Assembly (NCBI GenBank): GCA_030248215.1
Contig: JASANG010003345.1
Span: 310,001 to 374,000, forward strand
DNA length: 64,000 nucleotides
Reading direction: 5' to 3'
Origin: Enoplolaimus lenunculus
Taxonomy: Eukaryota
Position 1 is the first letter of the stretch. Every line of letters begins with the position of its first letter. Positions 13,201-27,078 of the stretch are shown piece after piece. The position numbers and the translations under genes are program-made. The notes under the pieces are model-generated. The model saw nothing but the letters and a program-made list of their open reading frames with translations. It did not search any database and had not been told where the DNA came from.

Positions 13201-15044
13201 CCTATACCTCAATGGTCATCATAAACGCCTCCCACCCGTGAGACTGGTGATCGAATCTTACCTTGAAATTACATGTCATATGAAATTGAAAATATTCATG
13301 TGAGAAAGGGTTAAGTTTCTCTTGCGCTGATCTAGGTTCAGGTATGGCTCCAGTTACCAGAACAGAATGCAACTGTTTTCAAATACAATTTATCGCTCGC
13401 GTGTTCAAGTTCAAGTATAAACTCAACTTTTATTGTTTAAGTCGTTGTTTACAAACATAACGATATATTCTCATCTGCAAATTACTTGAAGTTTCATTCA
13501 ACTTCGACACGCCTAGAAACATCAAGAAATCTTGAGCATAATGTATTCCTTGTTTTTAAAAGTTATGGAAAACCCCCAAAAGATAACACCCACCACCTTC
13601 TAAAATATAAAACGCTATAGTGCATCATCATATCAGTATATTTAATGCAAGACATTATGCCAACTATTGTTCCATGCCTAAAATGTAATGATTTTAGATA
13701 TAGAAGATTGTACAGTCCTGACGCCAAGGGCGGATCCAAGGGGTTAGTAAGGCCTTGGATCGCAAAAGGGATTAAAACCCACTTTTTGTAAAGTAAAGTT
13801 GCATTTAACTTCTCTACCACTTCGCTCGTGAAGCTTTTCTCTACATTATATATAGTGCGGTTCCCCCGTCAAATATATCTGAATCATTCGCTGAGTTCTC
13901 TGACTCTCATACTCTTTGTAAACACATAATGCTTAACACCTAACAAATTAAGCCGACCCTAAACCTACAACCGCTGTAATGGGCGGACCCAGGTATGTTG
14001 AAGAGTTAAACTAACCCCAATTCACCGATCCTCTATTTAAATTTTTTAGATGCTGCCGCCAACGTGCGCCAATTGATTTAATCATCCAAGTTTATCATCC
14101 AATGATAAAAATACAATACAATAAACATATAGAATATGAATTAAACAATTTTGACAAATAAAATTGATTCAGTCAGTGAAATGCTGTACACAATATATAA
14201 GAATATGGAATACCTCAAATAACACAAACCATAAATATGATACCAATGATACATTCGGGGGCATCGGCGTAAAGATAAGCCTATGTTACATTCGGGGGCA
14301 TCGGCGTAAGGATAAGCCTAAAACTAAGCCTAAGCCTAAGCAAAAATAAGTTGGTCTATTGCAGGTCCGATATTAACTACGCCTATAAGACTGTGCAAAA
14401 ATAAATCTAAAGCTTAAGCTTGCTCTATTGCAGTTCCGCGGAAAAACTGCATGGCCCTCAAAGTAACATAAGACAAATAAATACGGAATAATTATTTTTA
14501 GGCGAGTTTGTTTAAATATAAGGCATTATGTTACATAAAAGAAAAAGTGCAGCAATATCTTTCATTTGCACGGCGTTCATCCAGCGCTATCCACCATCGA
14601 ACGCGAATACCCGTACAGCACCGCAAATCTAACCTTGTGAAACGATAAAACCCTCGTTATTCCAATGACTACCTTAGCGCAACAATACAGTCTCACTGCA
14701 TATAACACCATTATCAATACTCAAGTCTAAACAATGACGTCGTCATAATCAATGATACAATACACATCGTTTTAGCGAAACCCACCTATTTTAGGCTATT
14801 ACCAACAAACCAGATAGAATTTCATTTAAAATATCCTCCAAAACACATTCATCCCACATCCGATGCGTAACAAGACATTGGAGAAAAAAATTTAACCTCC
14901 TTGTATATAATGACATTATTACTACTACCCAAGTCAACAAATCAAAATCATCAAAACTTCACGCTAAAATACACATCACTGGTGTTCCCAACACCATCAA
15001 CCACAAAAACACGGTAACTCCAACAAAAATCTCCTCAAAACACT

Positions 15045-18000
15045 TTAATCTCCCATCCAATGCTGAACAGTTGACTCTTCAAAGTACAAACTTTCAGTGG
15101 GAAACGGTGCTTTACGATCGTCCGTAGAGTCACAACCTGGCACGGCTTCTTGAAAGCATCGGATAAAATCCAACAATTTTAGCGATAATTTTCGGTTCCC
15201 GGCAGTTAGTTTGTCCATACTGAAATAATAAAAATAATATAAATAGTAAGCAATAATAATAATAAAATAATAATAACAATAAAATTGATACTAGTACGCA
15301 ACAATAACGTTTGAAATTAACAAGCAACTAAATGGTTTTTTACAGATTAGCCACGGGGCTAATCTGATATGCTTTGCTCTTAAATTAATAGTAATTTTAG
15401 ACATTTAGCTTAAAAGTACAGAAACCAATAAGGCCGCGTTTCCATACATTCCCAAAACGACAAGGTATTTTTCGGGCAGAAATATGTTGATGGACAAACC
15501 ATCCCGCGTTTTGTTCTAAAATCAGTGATTCTAATGCGTAACTTCTATTTTAAAAACCCTAGTCATGCCAGATTTAACCTGTCTTGCTCCAACAACTCCA
15601 TTTGCTTTAAGCGCCCACAAATCTGTTGATTCAGGTCAAAATCAAACAACGGTATGCCGTAGGTCAAATCAAATAGCATCCATTCGTCATATTTGACAAC
15701 ACAACTTGAGGGCTCGCCAACTGACTGAGATGATGAAAGCCGGCGTGGGTCTTTATCGGAACCTGACCTAAAACATTTCTATTTGTCGAAATAATATGTT
15801 TCTCGGTTACGTGAACCTTTACAACAATAACATAAGTTAAAACGTTCTTTAGTTATACTTAAAAGGTAATTTTAGAAAAATTAATAAGTTTACAAATTAT
15901 CATACTCCTGAATTACTTGCACGTTAATTTTAAACTAAAATTTCTACTGTCACTACTACATATTTGACAAAATTAGTAATTTGGCAAAATTGAACGGATA
16001 CCATTTTTCTTCACACCACCACTTTCTTTAACCTGGGCGATGCATAATCACAATGAATACCAATTAAAAACAATCAGCACGGAATATGACAAACCAGGCG
16101 GAGCCCAGTAAATAACTTACAAATTTGACACTGTTCTTGTCACTTGGGCTTTGCCGTCACCCTCATTGCCACAGGCGACTACTTTACCAGGGGCGGCATT
16201 TGAAGTTGATTCCCCTTCAAAATCTAGTTCACTTTGACTGTGTCTAGCTCCAGATGCGTGCATGCGAATTAACGTAATATAACCACACGAGCGTGGCAGA
16301 TCCAACAGTTGGCACAATTTGACTATCACAGGATGACTCGAGATCGGACCAGACTCTTAAACAAAATGAAGAAAATTTGGTGATAATTTTCTAGCATTGC
16401 CATATGCATGAACAGAATTAAATGCGCAGTCATCGAGATGGCAACGACCAGACCGGAGGTTTAGAAGGCGATCGTGATGGAAGTTAATGCTCTCCGTGAC
16501 TCTGACTGTATAAGGCAACTTCTGCAATATCATGTCGTGTACACCAGGTAACTTTTGTGGAGTACGGAAAAGCATACAAACAAAATCTGCTGGTGTAACA
16601 GAAAACTTGATACCGCTGGTAGTAGGCCAATGGAGGAAACAACATAATAATATAAAAGAAAAACGACGTAACAAAATATAAAATACAGATCTGTACGTAT
16701 TATTTATTATTATTATTATTATTATGATTATTATTTAAAATGTTTCTCGAAATTTTTTACGTAATCTTAAACTGCCAACTTGCACATTGTTCGTAAGTTT
16801 CAAGGTCATTTATACTTTTGCAACTTCTTCTGGAAAAAAGAAACTAACCACTTGTAAATTGAGCGGCTGCGTTCATATTACTGGTCGATGGGAATGCGAC
16901 GTGCACAACCTCAGGTGATTCAATGTAGCCCTGAAGTCAAAAAACACTATGCAATACACAGGGTGCGACCTGATATCAGGTGCCTGTTTAATATCCAGCA
17001 AAGACGATATCCATATCCGGTTCCGGTGTCAAGCATAAACCTACCGGATACCGGATATCTACGGTAGTAAATCTGCTTGTGGCAAGTGAACATAGTTAAC
17101 ATCTTTTGCGATTATCTTCCAAAGCAAGTCAGCTGTTAAGTTATCACTTAGCGAAATATCATGAAAAATCCAAGCTAACAAGTAATTTTAATTCAGTAAA
17201 CATATACTTTAGCGCGACTCAATTACCTTCAACAATCCCATTTCAACACACTATATCCGAAATATCCCATTCTGGCAAAAAACTCAATAGCAGGCTCCGG
17301 TTTGAATAAATAGTATGCCCCTTCGATTACGACATTATGTTAAACTTTAAACATGATGAATGAGATACCAACACCCAGAACACTCAGTATCCGCCGAACT
17401 GTAATATAATATGTACCTGTACAAATACAGCCGAATTTTGTAGCGCTTCGTTCAATTGAGGCAGACACGAATCCGCATTTACAACGCCAGGATCGTGTGA
17501 CCAAGTGTTCATTAGTAATTTTGAATATTTCTGTAATCATTAAAAATAATTCATTGCTTTCAACGCAGTATAAATCTAATGTATAACAGTAAAACAATGC
17601 TGAGTCAATAAACGCAAATCTAATGGTGTTAAATAGCTACAAAACAACAAGTAACTACTACGGACTAAAAATTGAAATTATAATACACACAAGGTACATC
17701 AAACTAATAAACAACCTAAAAAACATAAAACAAACAACTCAAACAACCAACTAGCAGACAAAGAAATTAAAATATCACAAACCACCCAACAACAAATGAA
17801 TAAAAACAAACAAGCCAACAAACAAACACACAAAAACAACGAGGAATCACAGACTCACCCGTAGTACACTGGGCAACTTTTTGAGCCGTGTACCTTTGGT
17901 GAGCAGCATCGAAGTCGGTCCACACTTGGTCAAATTGTAAATAAACAATTTAAACCACGGAGAATTCACCTGAAGCATGAAAATAATTTTATCGAAGCAG

Positions 18001-21000
18001 TGAGAAAAAGGCTGAACAAAATGTTATATTATTTAGAAGTACGGATAGTAATATAAGTGTAACATAACATAAGATCCACTCTATCCACAAAGTTCAATTT
18101 CTGAAAATATGTGCTTTCTCAAATACAAAACCAACGAAAAACACGCAAGCCAAAGAAATACTTCAGAAATTGCCGGACCCAAATGTGGTGGAACTGAGCA
18201 ATTCACCGGTGTAACTTCGTTGCTAAGTGGCGCCATCGAGATGACCAATCTGAAAGCAAATTAATTTACATTTCTGATGTTGGAATACTAAGCTATATAA
18301 GAGATTTTGTGTTCTTGTTGAGAAAATGTCTTGAACAACGCAATAGAAACATGCTGCGAGCACGTTTACATGCACCGTGTTTAACACACTACTTGTTAAC
18401 CAGTATTCTAAGGTAATTAACTGGAAACTATAAATTCCGAACACTACTATTCAAAATTTCAAATGTAACGATCTCATTTTAAATCGTCCGAATAATGTTG
18501 GGTAAAAATTAATTTGAGAGGATTCTCCATATCAAAATTGCATTTTAAACCAATCACTATTTTTCTATCGAAAAAATATTTCAAAGAAAATAAAAAGTTA
18601 ACCCAAATAAAATTAAAAAATACTTGTAATTCTTTTTCAACACTCGGCAACGTGCAGCTCGTTCAAGGCTCATTAAACTTTCGCAACGCATTAAATCTAG
18701 TTCACACAATGATTTTAAAAACCGGACAGTTTCACGTAAAATTGACGCATGTTCCCAGTACTGAACTGCTTCTGAATCGGACTCAGAGTCCATTGGACGT
18801 ATCTAGAAATACACCAAAATTAACTGGAATCAAAAGTAACCACAACAACAACAATTGCTAAAACCAACAATTCTAAATTAGCGGTTAAGCACCCGTACCC
18901 AGAGGAGCTAGTAAAATTCAGTCTCCCAAAAAAGGCTCATCCGCACTTGCAGGTAATCGTAATCCCTACGTGCCCGTCCGGAATTTTTCGTTACCCTAGA
19001 ATACTGGATTGCATATATGGGCTGAGCGGTTCCATTTTCAACAATCAATCCAAAAGCATTTTTAACATGACAGTTTTTAATAATTGTGACATGTACGCAG
19101 TTATCATGATTAAAGCTAGTTTCTTACCTTTTCCAACTCTTCAATAAAAAACGGCAATTGCTCGTCTGTCAGTTTTCCAACTTCAAACAAAGTGACTGCG
19201 TGTGTTTTCAGACTCTACAAATTTACATAAATATTTAAATTCTTACAAGATAAAGGTTTACAAAAAATCAGCAGTAACACTATGCTGTCATGCAGTTGGT
19301 CCGAACTACAGCGATATTCCGGAATGTGGCTCCTCGAGAACGCAATTTCATTCAAAAATTCAGTAACATATTGCTAGCCTCAAGTCCAAAGCACGAATTT
19401 CGTAATCTGAAAACGATAAATAGTACGAAAGATTTGCAAGTACACTTATAAATTTACAATAATGAAGGAACTTTGAACGCTATCAATTTTGTTACTAACC
19501 ATATCCTTCAATGAAAACTTACAGACGACAAATTTCCCATCATTAGGCAAGCGGTTAGTGTTGAATCAAACAGAAAGCCTATACGACTTGCATTTTCAGC
19601 TCCAGTAGTAGTATTAGAAATTAGTGAATCGCCGAGCATACTACTTCGTTGGTCTGTCCAGTCAGCTAGCAGTACGAAACACATGTTAATACAAAATAGT
19701 TCTCAAGTTCACTCTAATCATAAATAAATATTATTAGATGCGCACTCATATCAAGTCATAGTAACATTTTAGGGCAGAGTCGTGTTTTTCGGTGTAGCCA
19801 TCGAGCTGCTTTCACTGGATTAAGAGTGGATGGAATTCTTGGCACGGCTGAATCTTTGTTGTGCACTTTGTTTGTTAGAGCCAAATCAGTTAATGATTCA
19901 AGAACCAAAATTTGTTAACCAGGTAGTTGAACAACCCAGAAATTCAAAATTTAAAACAACCTGCCTCCTTGATGTCATCTCTTCTACAGACAACACCAAA
20001 AATAACACGAACATCAGGCTGCAACCAGAACTTCAGCCACTTTCATTTTCTAAATAATTTTTGTTCTTCCAAGGCGAAACAGACCTGACTGCTTATTCTC
20101 CAATACTTCTAAATCTATAAAATATAAAATATGCCTATAAATCCCACTCCAAAAATCAAACCGAAAAATATAACGTATTATTATTATTATTGCACGCTGT
20201 ACCACCAACCTGCTGCATCTTCCAACTGACTAATTATCGTACGATTAAAGTGGCTGTCCTCTTGGTCATCGTCCAGAAGAAGTGATTTCGATTTTGATTT
20301 TAAATTCAATTGTTCAGGTTTGAAACCATCCGTTGTGACAGGCGGCAGATCGTTAACATCAGGCAGCAACGGTTGCGAAAGCCCACTTATCGGGGGCAAT
20401 TCGCTTGATGGAGTTTCCATTTCTTCCGCTAATTTGGCAATAAACGCATCTTCGTCAATGCTGCTAAAATATTAACAAAATGTAAAATGGGAAAGCAAAG
20501 TTTAACACTACACCACTGCTCATATTCTCACAAGTGCACGGCACATATAATCACCAATGCTGGAGATAGGTTTTATAACCGTTAAGCCAAAAATTGCCGA
20601 GTTTCCAAATTTGGCACACGTACTGCTTTTAATTTACCGTAACTCCGAATCCATAGCTTTAACACTTCGGTTATTACGGTTACTACAGCAATTTAAGCAA
20701 ATATGCAAATTAGCTATTAGCTAACTATTCGATTAACGGGTTTGAAGGTTTGTAGACAATTTGTTCCGATTCCTGGTACTCAAAAATCCTTTATTGCTGA
20801 AATTAGATTGCTTGTAACCCTAATAAAATTAGGGAAATATTGTAAAAACACGCTTATCAATTATGCTTAAATGCAAATTATCTATTAGCTAACTATCAAT
20901 TATCGGGTTTGAAGGTTTGTAGACAATTTATTCAGATTTCTCGCACCCAAACACCCCTCACTGCTGTAATTAGATTGCTTGTAACCATAATAATTAATGA

Positions 21001-24000
21001 AATATTTTAAAAAGTCCTAAATTAGACATCAATAATTATGCTAATATGCAAATAAGCTATTAGCTAATTATTCAGTTATCGCTTATGTTGGTTTGTAAAC
21101 AATTTACTCAGATTTCTCGTACCCAAAAACCCTTTAGCACTGAAATTAGATTCCTTGTAACTCTAATAATTAGTGAAATGCGGTAAAAAGTCCTAATTTA
21201 AGCTTAACCAAATTATGCAAATTAGCCTGTAGCTAATAAACGACTTATGAAATACTACTAAAGTATAGACCCGCGTTTAAAAATACATGTAACATCTTCA
21301 GCTGGCTTCAGATATTCCATAGTTAGCTTCAGATAAACCTTAAACTTAACAACATTAATCTTTTCCCACTCACAATGTCCCGTAGATTGACTTGTTCTCA
21401 AGTAACCACACAATGTGCGATTGTATTTGCTCGCCATGTTCTGTATTCAAATTAAGACATGTTTTAACGGCAACTTTTGCCGCCACGCCAATATTTTGAG
21501 AGCGTTTTTAAAATTACAGTCTGTTTACTTTTTCCACGATGGATGCAGTTCGACGTTTTCCGTAATATGCTTCTTTTTGGCAATTCCAAGTCGGCAAAAC
21601 ACAGATAGTGCGTTCTAAATTAATTATTACGTTACTCATTTCACTACCACAGCAAACTATAAATCCAAACCAACAAAAAATTGCAGCCTAACATAGTAAT
21701 AGATACAACTCAGCAATAGTTATAACTAAATTTTCCCAAAGCATACAAAGCTTTTGCGCTTCACTTTCCACAAAGATTTCCAAGCCCTCATTCTTAAATG
21801 TGTATAACAAAGCCGTCATTAATGATAGCCCTAACAACGGCACTATGTACGTTACATTACACAATTTTAGAGTTGTAAAAAGATTTACAATATGCAGGAA
21901 TTGCAGAATATATTTAGACCACGTTTAACGTCGGACTATATTTGTTGGTCAATACATTATACGGCACTTAAAATTTATCTTCTTCATCTGACATTCCGCC
22001 TAAACCGAGTTGGTCGAAACTTGCCCCCCACTCGCTGTAGTCTAGGAACACCCAATAATTCTTCCAATAAAGTTGTTTTAAGAATAATTTAAAAAGATAC
22101 CAATTCAAATATATAAGGCATTTGGCCCAAAATATCAAAAACAAGACATATTTTCAAATAAGTATACGACATCCTATTTGTTGGACACACCATATGAAAA
22201 CAAAAATGCTGCTCAAAATCACTTACCTTGACTAACGAAACATCAATCAAGAGCACTGAACCGGCCAGCTAAAAATACAAAAAATAAACAACAATTCAGA
22301 TTTTTTTACAATCAGACTTACCAAAGAAAGCAATCTTTTTGATTGGGTATTTGCAGATACTACACACTAGGTCCCACCTTATATTATAACACTGCCAAAT
22401 TGATGAAAATACCATACGTATTCCACAAATAGCCTCGTCAAAAAGAAATAATGTTTGAGATTATAAAAATATATTTCACTTACATCCGAAAGCGTTGTAT
22501 GTTCATCGATCGAAACAAAAATTTTGTACAGCAAATTTTCAAAATAATCACCCAAAACACGATTCATCACAAATCCATCCAAAGGTGGCACTAAAAAACA
22601 AAAAAAGAAAAACAACAAGCTTTTGTTGCAATATTATTCATTGAATGTTTAATCGAAACTTCTGGTCTCGGTTCTAAACCACAGAGTCAAAAACGAGACT
22701 GAGACCTGCGAAATACCGAGACTACCAAATATCTTTGCCGCATTCCTCTTTTCAATACAATCCAAAAACCATTTTAGAGCTTACAAATAGAATACTCATT
22801 TTCACGACAATGTTTTAATCACTGAGTACGGAATAAAGAACATCTTACGTACCTACAAAGACATCGCTATCATGAACAGGAACATCAAAATAAACCAGTC
22901 CTCTACTATACAATCCTAAAAACAAAATACAAAACAAAATAATCTTCAAGCAAGAAAAGAAAAAAAACTGCTGACATTTTTATAAATTTTGAACTCACAA
23001 AATGAGTACAAAAGGTCTGATTAATAATACATTCTCTGAGCAAACAGACAATAAGTAGTACTGGTTTTGAAAATATTTTCAATATATTTAGTAGCTGTCA
23101 CCACCTAATAATATATTTGTTACATATCGTGTCGCTTAGGAAGCGAAAGAATATCCGGTTCTAGTTTAATTTACGGTAATCAACCGACATATATTATTCG
23201 GCTCGGGTTTTCTGTAATTACGGCAAACTAAACGAAAAACAATAAAAACCATCACTTTTAATCACCGCTATATCAAAAGTGCCCGCAAATTGTTTTCCTT
23301 GTTCGAGAATTTCTTCAATTGTTTTCCGTTCTGCAGGTGAGCAGTTCTAAAGACCAATTTTCAAGTTTATCGTGATTTAGATTAACAATGATAGTAAAAA
23401 AGTCATTTAACCAAAGTTAAGAAACCGTTTCCTGAAACTTGAAAGCCGCTTTCTCACAATCAAACAACCCGATTCTGCCGTGATTCCGTAAAAAATTTTG
23501 CCTTTATAGTTGAAATAAGTATAGCGCGAATCTCAAATGCTACAGTGCTAGCCAGGTAAGCTTAAATATACCCATTATATTTGTCGGCTTTCCAATCTGG
23601 TCCATATAAATATTAGTTATTTCATCTGCCCAAATTTTTTAAGTAAGAGTAGTTGCAAATATTTGCAACGCTAAGTTTATTCTCAGATGAAACTTATTGA
23701 CTGATTTATGAAATCGTACATAAGTATTTACTTAAGTTATGCTTAAGTAATTACTTAAGTTGCCCACTTAAGCAAATACTTAAATTTTCGAGCACGGGTT
23801 AGTATGCCTAAGCGGTTAAGTTGAAACATATCAAATTTAGTCAGCGACTTATGTATTAACTTAAGTACGCTTTCAAAAACGGCAAAATAGTTAAGCATTT
23901 ACTTAGCCCGAACCTAAGTAGTATACTTGACCCGTACTTAAGTACTAAGTCGTACGAAAGTAGGGTTTCGGAAACCCAGACATTACGTATTTGCATAACT

Positions 24001-27000
24001 TAGTTTCTATTTATATATATACATACATCAATATAACGCGATGCGAGCGTTTGCAAAAGTAAGCTGAACCTGGAACTGCCCAAATTACGTATGCTCTATG
24101 GTCTAGCGTTAATTATATAAATGATAAAACAAATTCATATTGATATTCTTCGACATCACACAGCGCGTACGGAAATATTGTTCAAATCGAAACAACAAAC
24201 CTTTAGATCTTCTTCATATATTGATCCGTGTTGTACAATCCACCATGATTCAATATTAACGTCGGCAGGTTTCGAAGGTAAAACGCTACGTGAAGGCTTT
24301 TTGCGAAACAATTTCTGAATATTTAATGCAAAACAGACAAAAAATAAGTTATTCCATACGTAAACAAGTACTGGGGTCTCAATCATAGTCTTATATGTTG
24401 CAAGCAAATTCCGTAATGTCAGTCTTGACTTTTTACCAAAACTTCCTTTTCCGTTGATAATAGACCAATTATAGGTCAAGAGAACTTTTATCGGTTAGGA
24501 AACATTTTCTCTAGTTACAACGAAATACTAAGATATTCATAATAAGATTTTTCGATTTACAATTTGCAACAACTTTCGTTACATATGTGAGCTTCAAAGT
24601 AAGATTTTCTCCAACTACTAATAAATCTAACACAGATCTTACCGAATTTAAAGGCAAATTTAGCCGATTGGATCGGGAGCGATTCATAAGATCAATGAAT
24701 TGATTGCGACCAATTCCCAACAACCGTAAACCTAAAATTGCAACGCATAAAGCGTTTAAGAACTGAGAAGTGAAAAAATAAGACAGAAATAGAAATATCT
24801 AAACGTGCGATGACAATTTTACAATCACAATTGTACTGCCTGATTTGAATATTAAAATAGCGCCGCCAATACACGGAGTTAAACTTACAATCTGCTGCAG
24901 TAAAATTAGGTAACGCATCATAACTGCGTTCCATTGTCATCAGATCCTGAAAAAGAAAAAAGTTACGAAAGCAGAAAGCACTCATTCCAATTTATAGCTC
25001 ATTATTTTTACGTCTTATTTACATTTGGTCCGTTTACATATTTTAAACAGAAATACAAACTCCCATATCACGAAAGGTTTGCAGTTTATTGACGTATATA
25101 ACAAATTACGATCAACAACGATTAACATTACATATTCACAGCATACCACACAACCACACACAAGACTTACTTGCATCATATCAATATAATACTGGAATGG
25201 AGTAATTCGCAAACCTCGCACCATGATATCGGATAAGTGATATGGATAAAGCATTAAATGCTCTCGGCTGTACTGCAGGAGTAATTTGTAATATTGCTCT
25301 TCGTCTTTCTTCACATGGCGAACTGAAGTAATACGTTACAGAATGCACACCAGACGAACATGTAGAAGCTAAAATGCTCACGAAATTTCCATGCTCAGGA
25401 TATAAATCCCAGTACATACAATGATGGATTCTAACTTGACGGTTTCACTGAAGCATAAATTACACCTGTATTTAAAAAAGAAAACCCATAACTGCTATTT
25501 TCGTTAAAGTTACGTACGGAGAAAGTTATTGCTGACAAAGTTAAAGCTTACATATCTGAGCAAAACATTTTTTCTTATGCTCAGTATGGGTTTCGCACCA
25601 AGGGATAACTTGTTCATATTAATGACTGTTTACGCGATCATATTGATGTTTTAAATAATCCTAACATGATTGGAGTTGATATTGTGTTTACATTGATTTC
25701 GCCAAAGCTTTGGATACGGCAGTTCACAAGCTTCTCATAGAGCTCCGATCAGTTGGTATTCAAGATACCCTTTTAAAGTGGATTCATTCATACCTTAGTA
25801 ATTGTACACATCCGGTTCGTATTGATGACAAATTTTAATATATAAAAATGTTTCCTCAGGTGCACCACAAGGTAGATTCAGTTCCTGGATCAGTATATGT
25901 GTTATATATGAATGACATAACTGATGAAACTCGTGGCGTTCATACAAAACTGTTTGCAGGTGACTTGAAAATTTACTTGCCTATTGCAAAGTACGGCACG
26001 TTATGTTATCAACCGGTCAAAAATTACAGGATACATTGAACACCCTATTTTGCTTATTCACGTAAATGGCAGTTAAACGTAGCATATCATATCTGCTCTG
26101 TAACGCATGTTGGGAATAGAAATGCGTTTTTCATACACATGGTTAGTACTGCTTCTTTATCTTCCCTTAATTATTTCCGTGATCTAGGGTTTTCTTCGCT
26201 CAAAACTCAAAATTTTCGCACAATTGTGCACAGAATTCGGCTAAGGTTTATAAAATGATTAACATGATATTTAAGGCTCTTAAAAATACTTATATTATTC
26301 CTATGCTCGACTATAGCTCACCTGTGTGGTCACCGTACCTTCTTAAAGACTAAAAATTGAAAAAGTTCAGCGATATGTTACTTGATAAAAGCTTGCATTT
26401 ATGACAGGCTTTCCCTGCTACATCTAGATTCTCTTTAGATAAGATGATTTGAATCTAATTTCGTTTTTGGTTATAAAATTTTCTATAATATTGATTTGAA
26501 ATTTTTGATTTTTGCTTACTGCAAAATTTTAATAAGTCTATGATTGTGTTGATTTTGTTATTAGTTTTACGAACAATAAACCAAATTAACGAAACGAATA
26601 AAACGAAATTAATGAAACGAAGAAAAACTGTTTTAACCAATTTACCATATTGTGTATTTGCAAAAATTAAATCCTTAACCTAATTCGATTAATTAAATAG
26701 GTAACCGCAAAACAAGCAGCACATACTTAGGTTGCCTTTATGTCGTAGTTGGTTTTTGACACTGTATTCGAGTGTTTGTTTTTCATACTCCTTCTGAGAG
26801 TTTCCAAGAAGCTATAACAGACAAAATACGCAAAGCAATTGCTATTATTTGCTATTTAATAAAAACTGCTATACTTCACAAAATATTAAACCGTAATAGG
26901 TACTTACCTGCGTACGTAATTGTATAGGCTACGCTCAATTTCCAATTTGCTAAACTTAGCTTTACCAGCGGTCTATTTCCAATATATACAAAGCTTTAAC

Positions 27001-27078
27001 AACCTGTTTAATGTTTTTTGGCAACTTGCTCCAAGAACAGTTGTTTTGAATGTAACAGTCAATCTCTGAGCTAATCAT
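15045..27078 (-). CDS. FAM91A1: FAM91A1 orthologue (WDR11-complex trafficking protein), 22 exons, about 872 aa
   Basis: Phase-consistent GT-AG exons: 27078-27004, 26811-26727, 25322-25171, 24946-24889, 24731-24643, 24314-24201, 23346-23256, 22915-22853, 22590-22484, 22268-22227, 21614-21529, 20463-20210, 19665-19523, 19214-19128, 18802-18624, 18249-18162, 17969-17859, 17530-17417, 16930-16849, 16355-16121, 15767-15579, 15219-15045. Hallmark peptides: [121 protein letters not shown]. Extra small exons near 19700-20150 cannot be excluded. Confidence 0.95.
20690..21242 (+). repeat. About 3 tandem units of about 172 bp, same family as 60484-61901, in FAM91A1 intron 11
   Basis: ATGCAAATTAGCTATTAGCTAACT-type motif recurs near 20701, 20871, 21044 and 21214. 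Ends with the same terminal variant TATGCAAATTAGCCTGWAGCTAAT. Confidence 0.88.
23699..23981. mobile_element. Uninterrupted inverted copy of the 7552-8377 MITE in FAM91A1 intron 6
   Basis: Reverse complement aligns with 7552-7864 plus 8325-8377. ATT flanks on both sides. Confidence 0.78.
25500..26450 (+). mobile_element. Decayed CR1/Jockey-type LINE reverse-transcriptase fragment in FAM91A1 intron 2, antisense to the host gene
   Basis: Ordered but frameshifted RT motifs: QYGFR (about 25582), YIDFAKA (about 25690), GAPQG (about 25859), [36 protein letters not shown] (about 26300), IEKVQR. Many stops and indels. Ends are approximate. Confidence 0.85.

Noticed and set aside
13150..13360. Possible decayed tRNA-derived SINE (also near 56950-57000)
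   Set aside because: Only a weak B-box-like motif is present, with no foldable cloverleaf or clear ends.
16357..16674. 105-aa ORF in FAM91A1 intron 19
   Set aside because: It is not needed for phase continuity and shows no FAM91 similarity.
26900..26912. TACTTACCTG as the 5' end of a U1 snRNA
   Set aside because: The downstream sequence does not resemble U1. It is the reverse complement of a splice donor.
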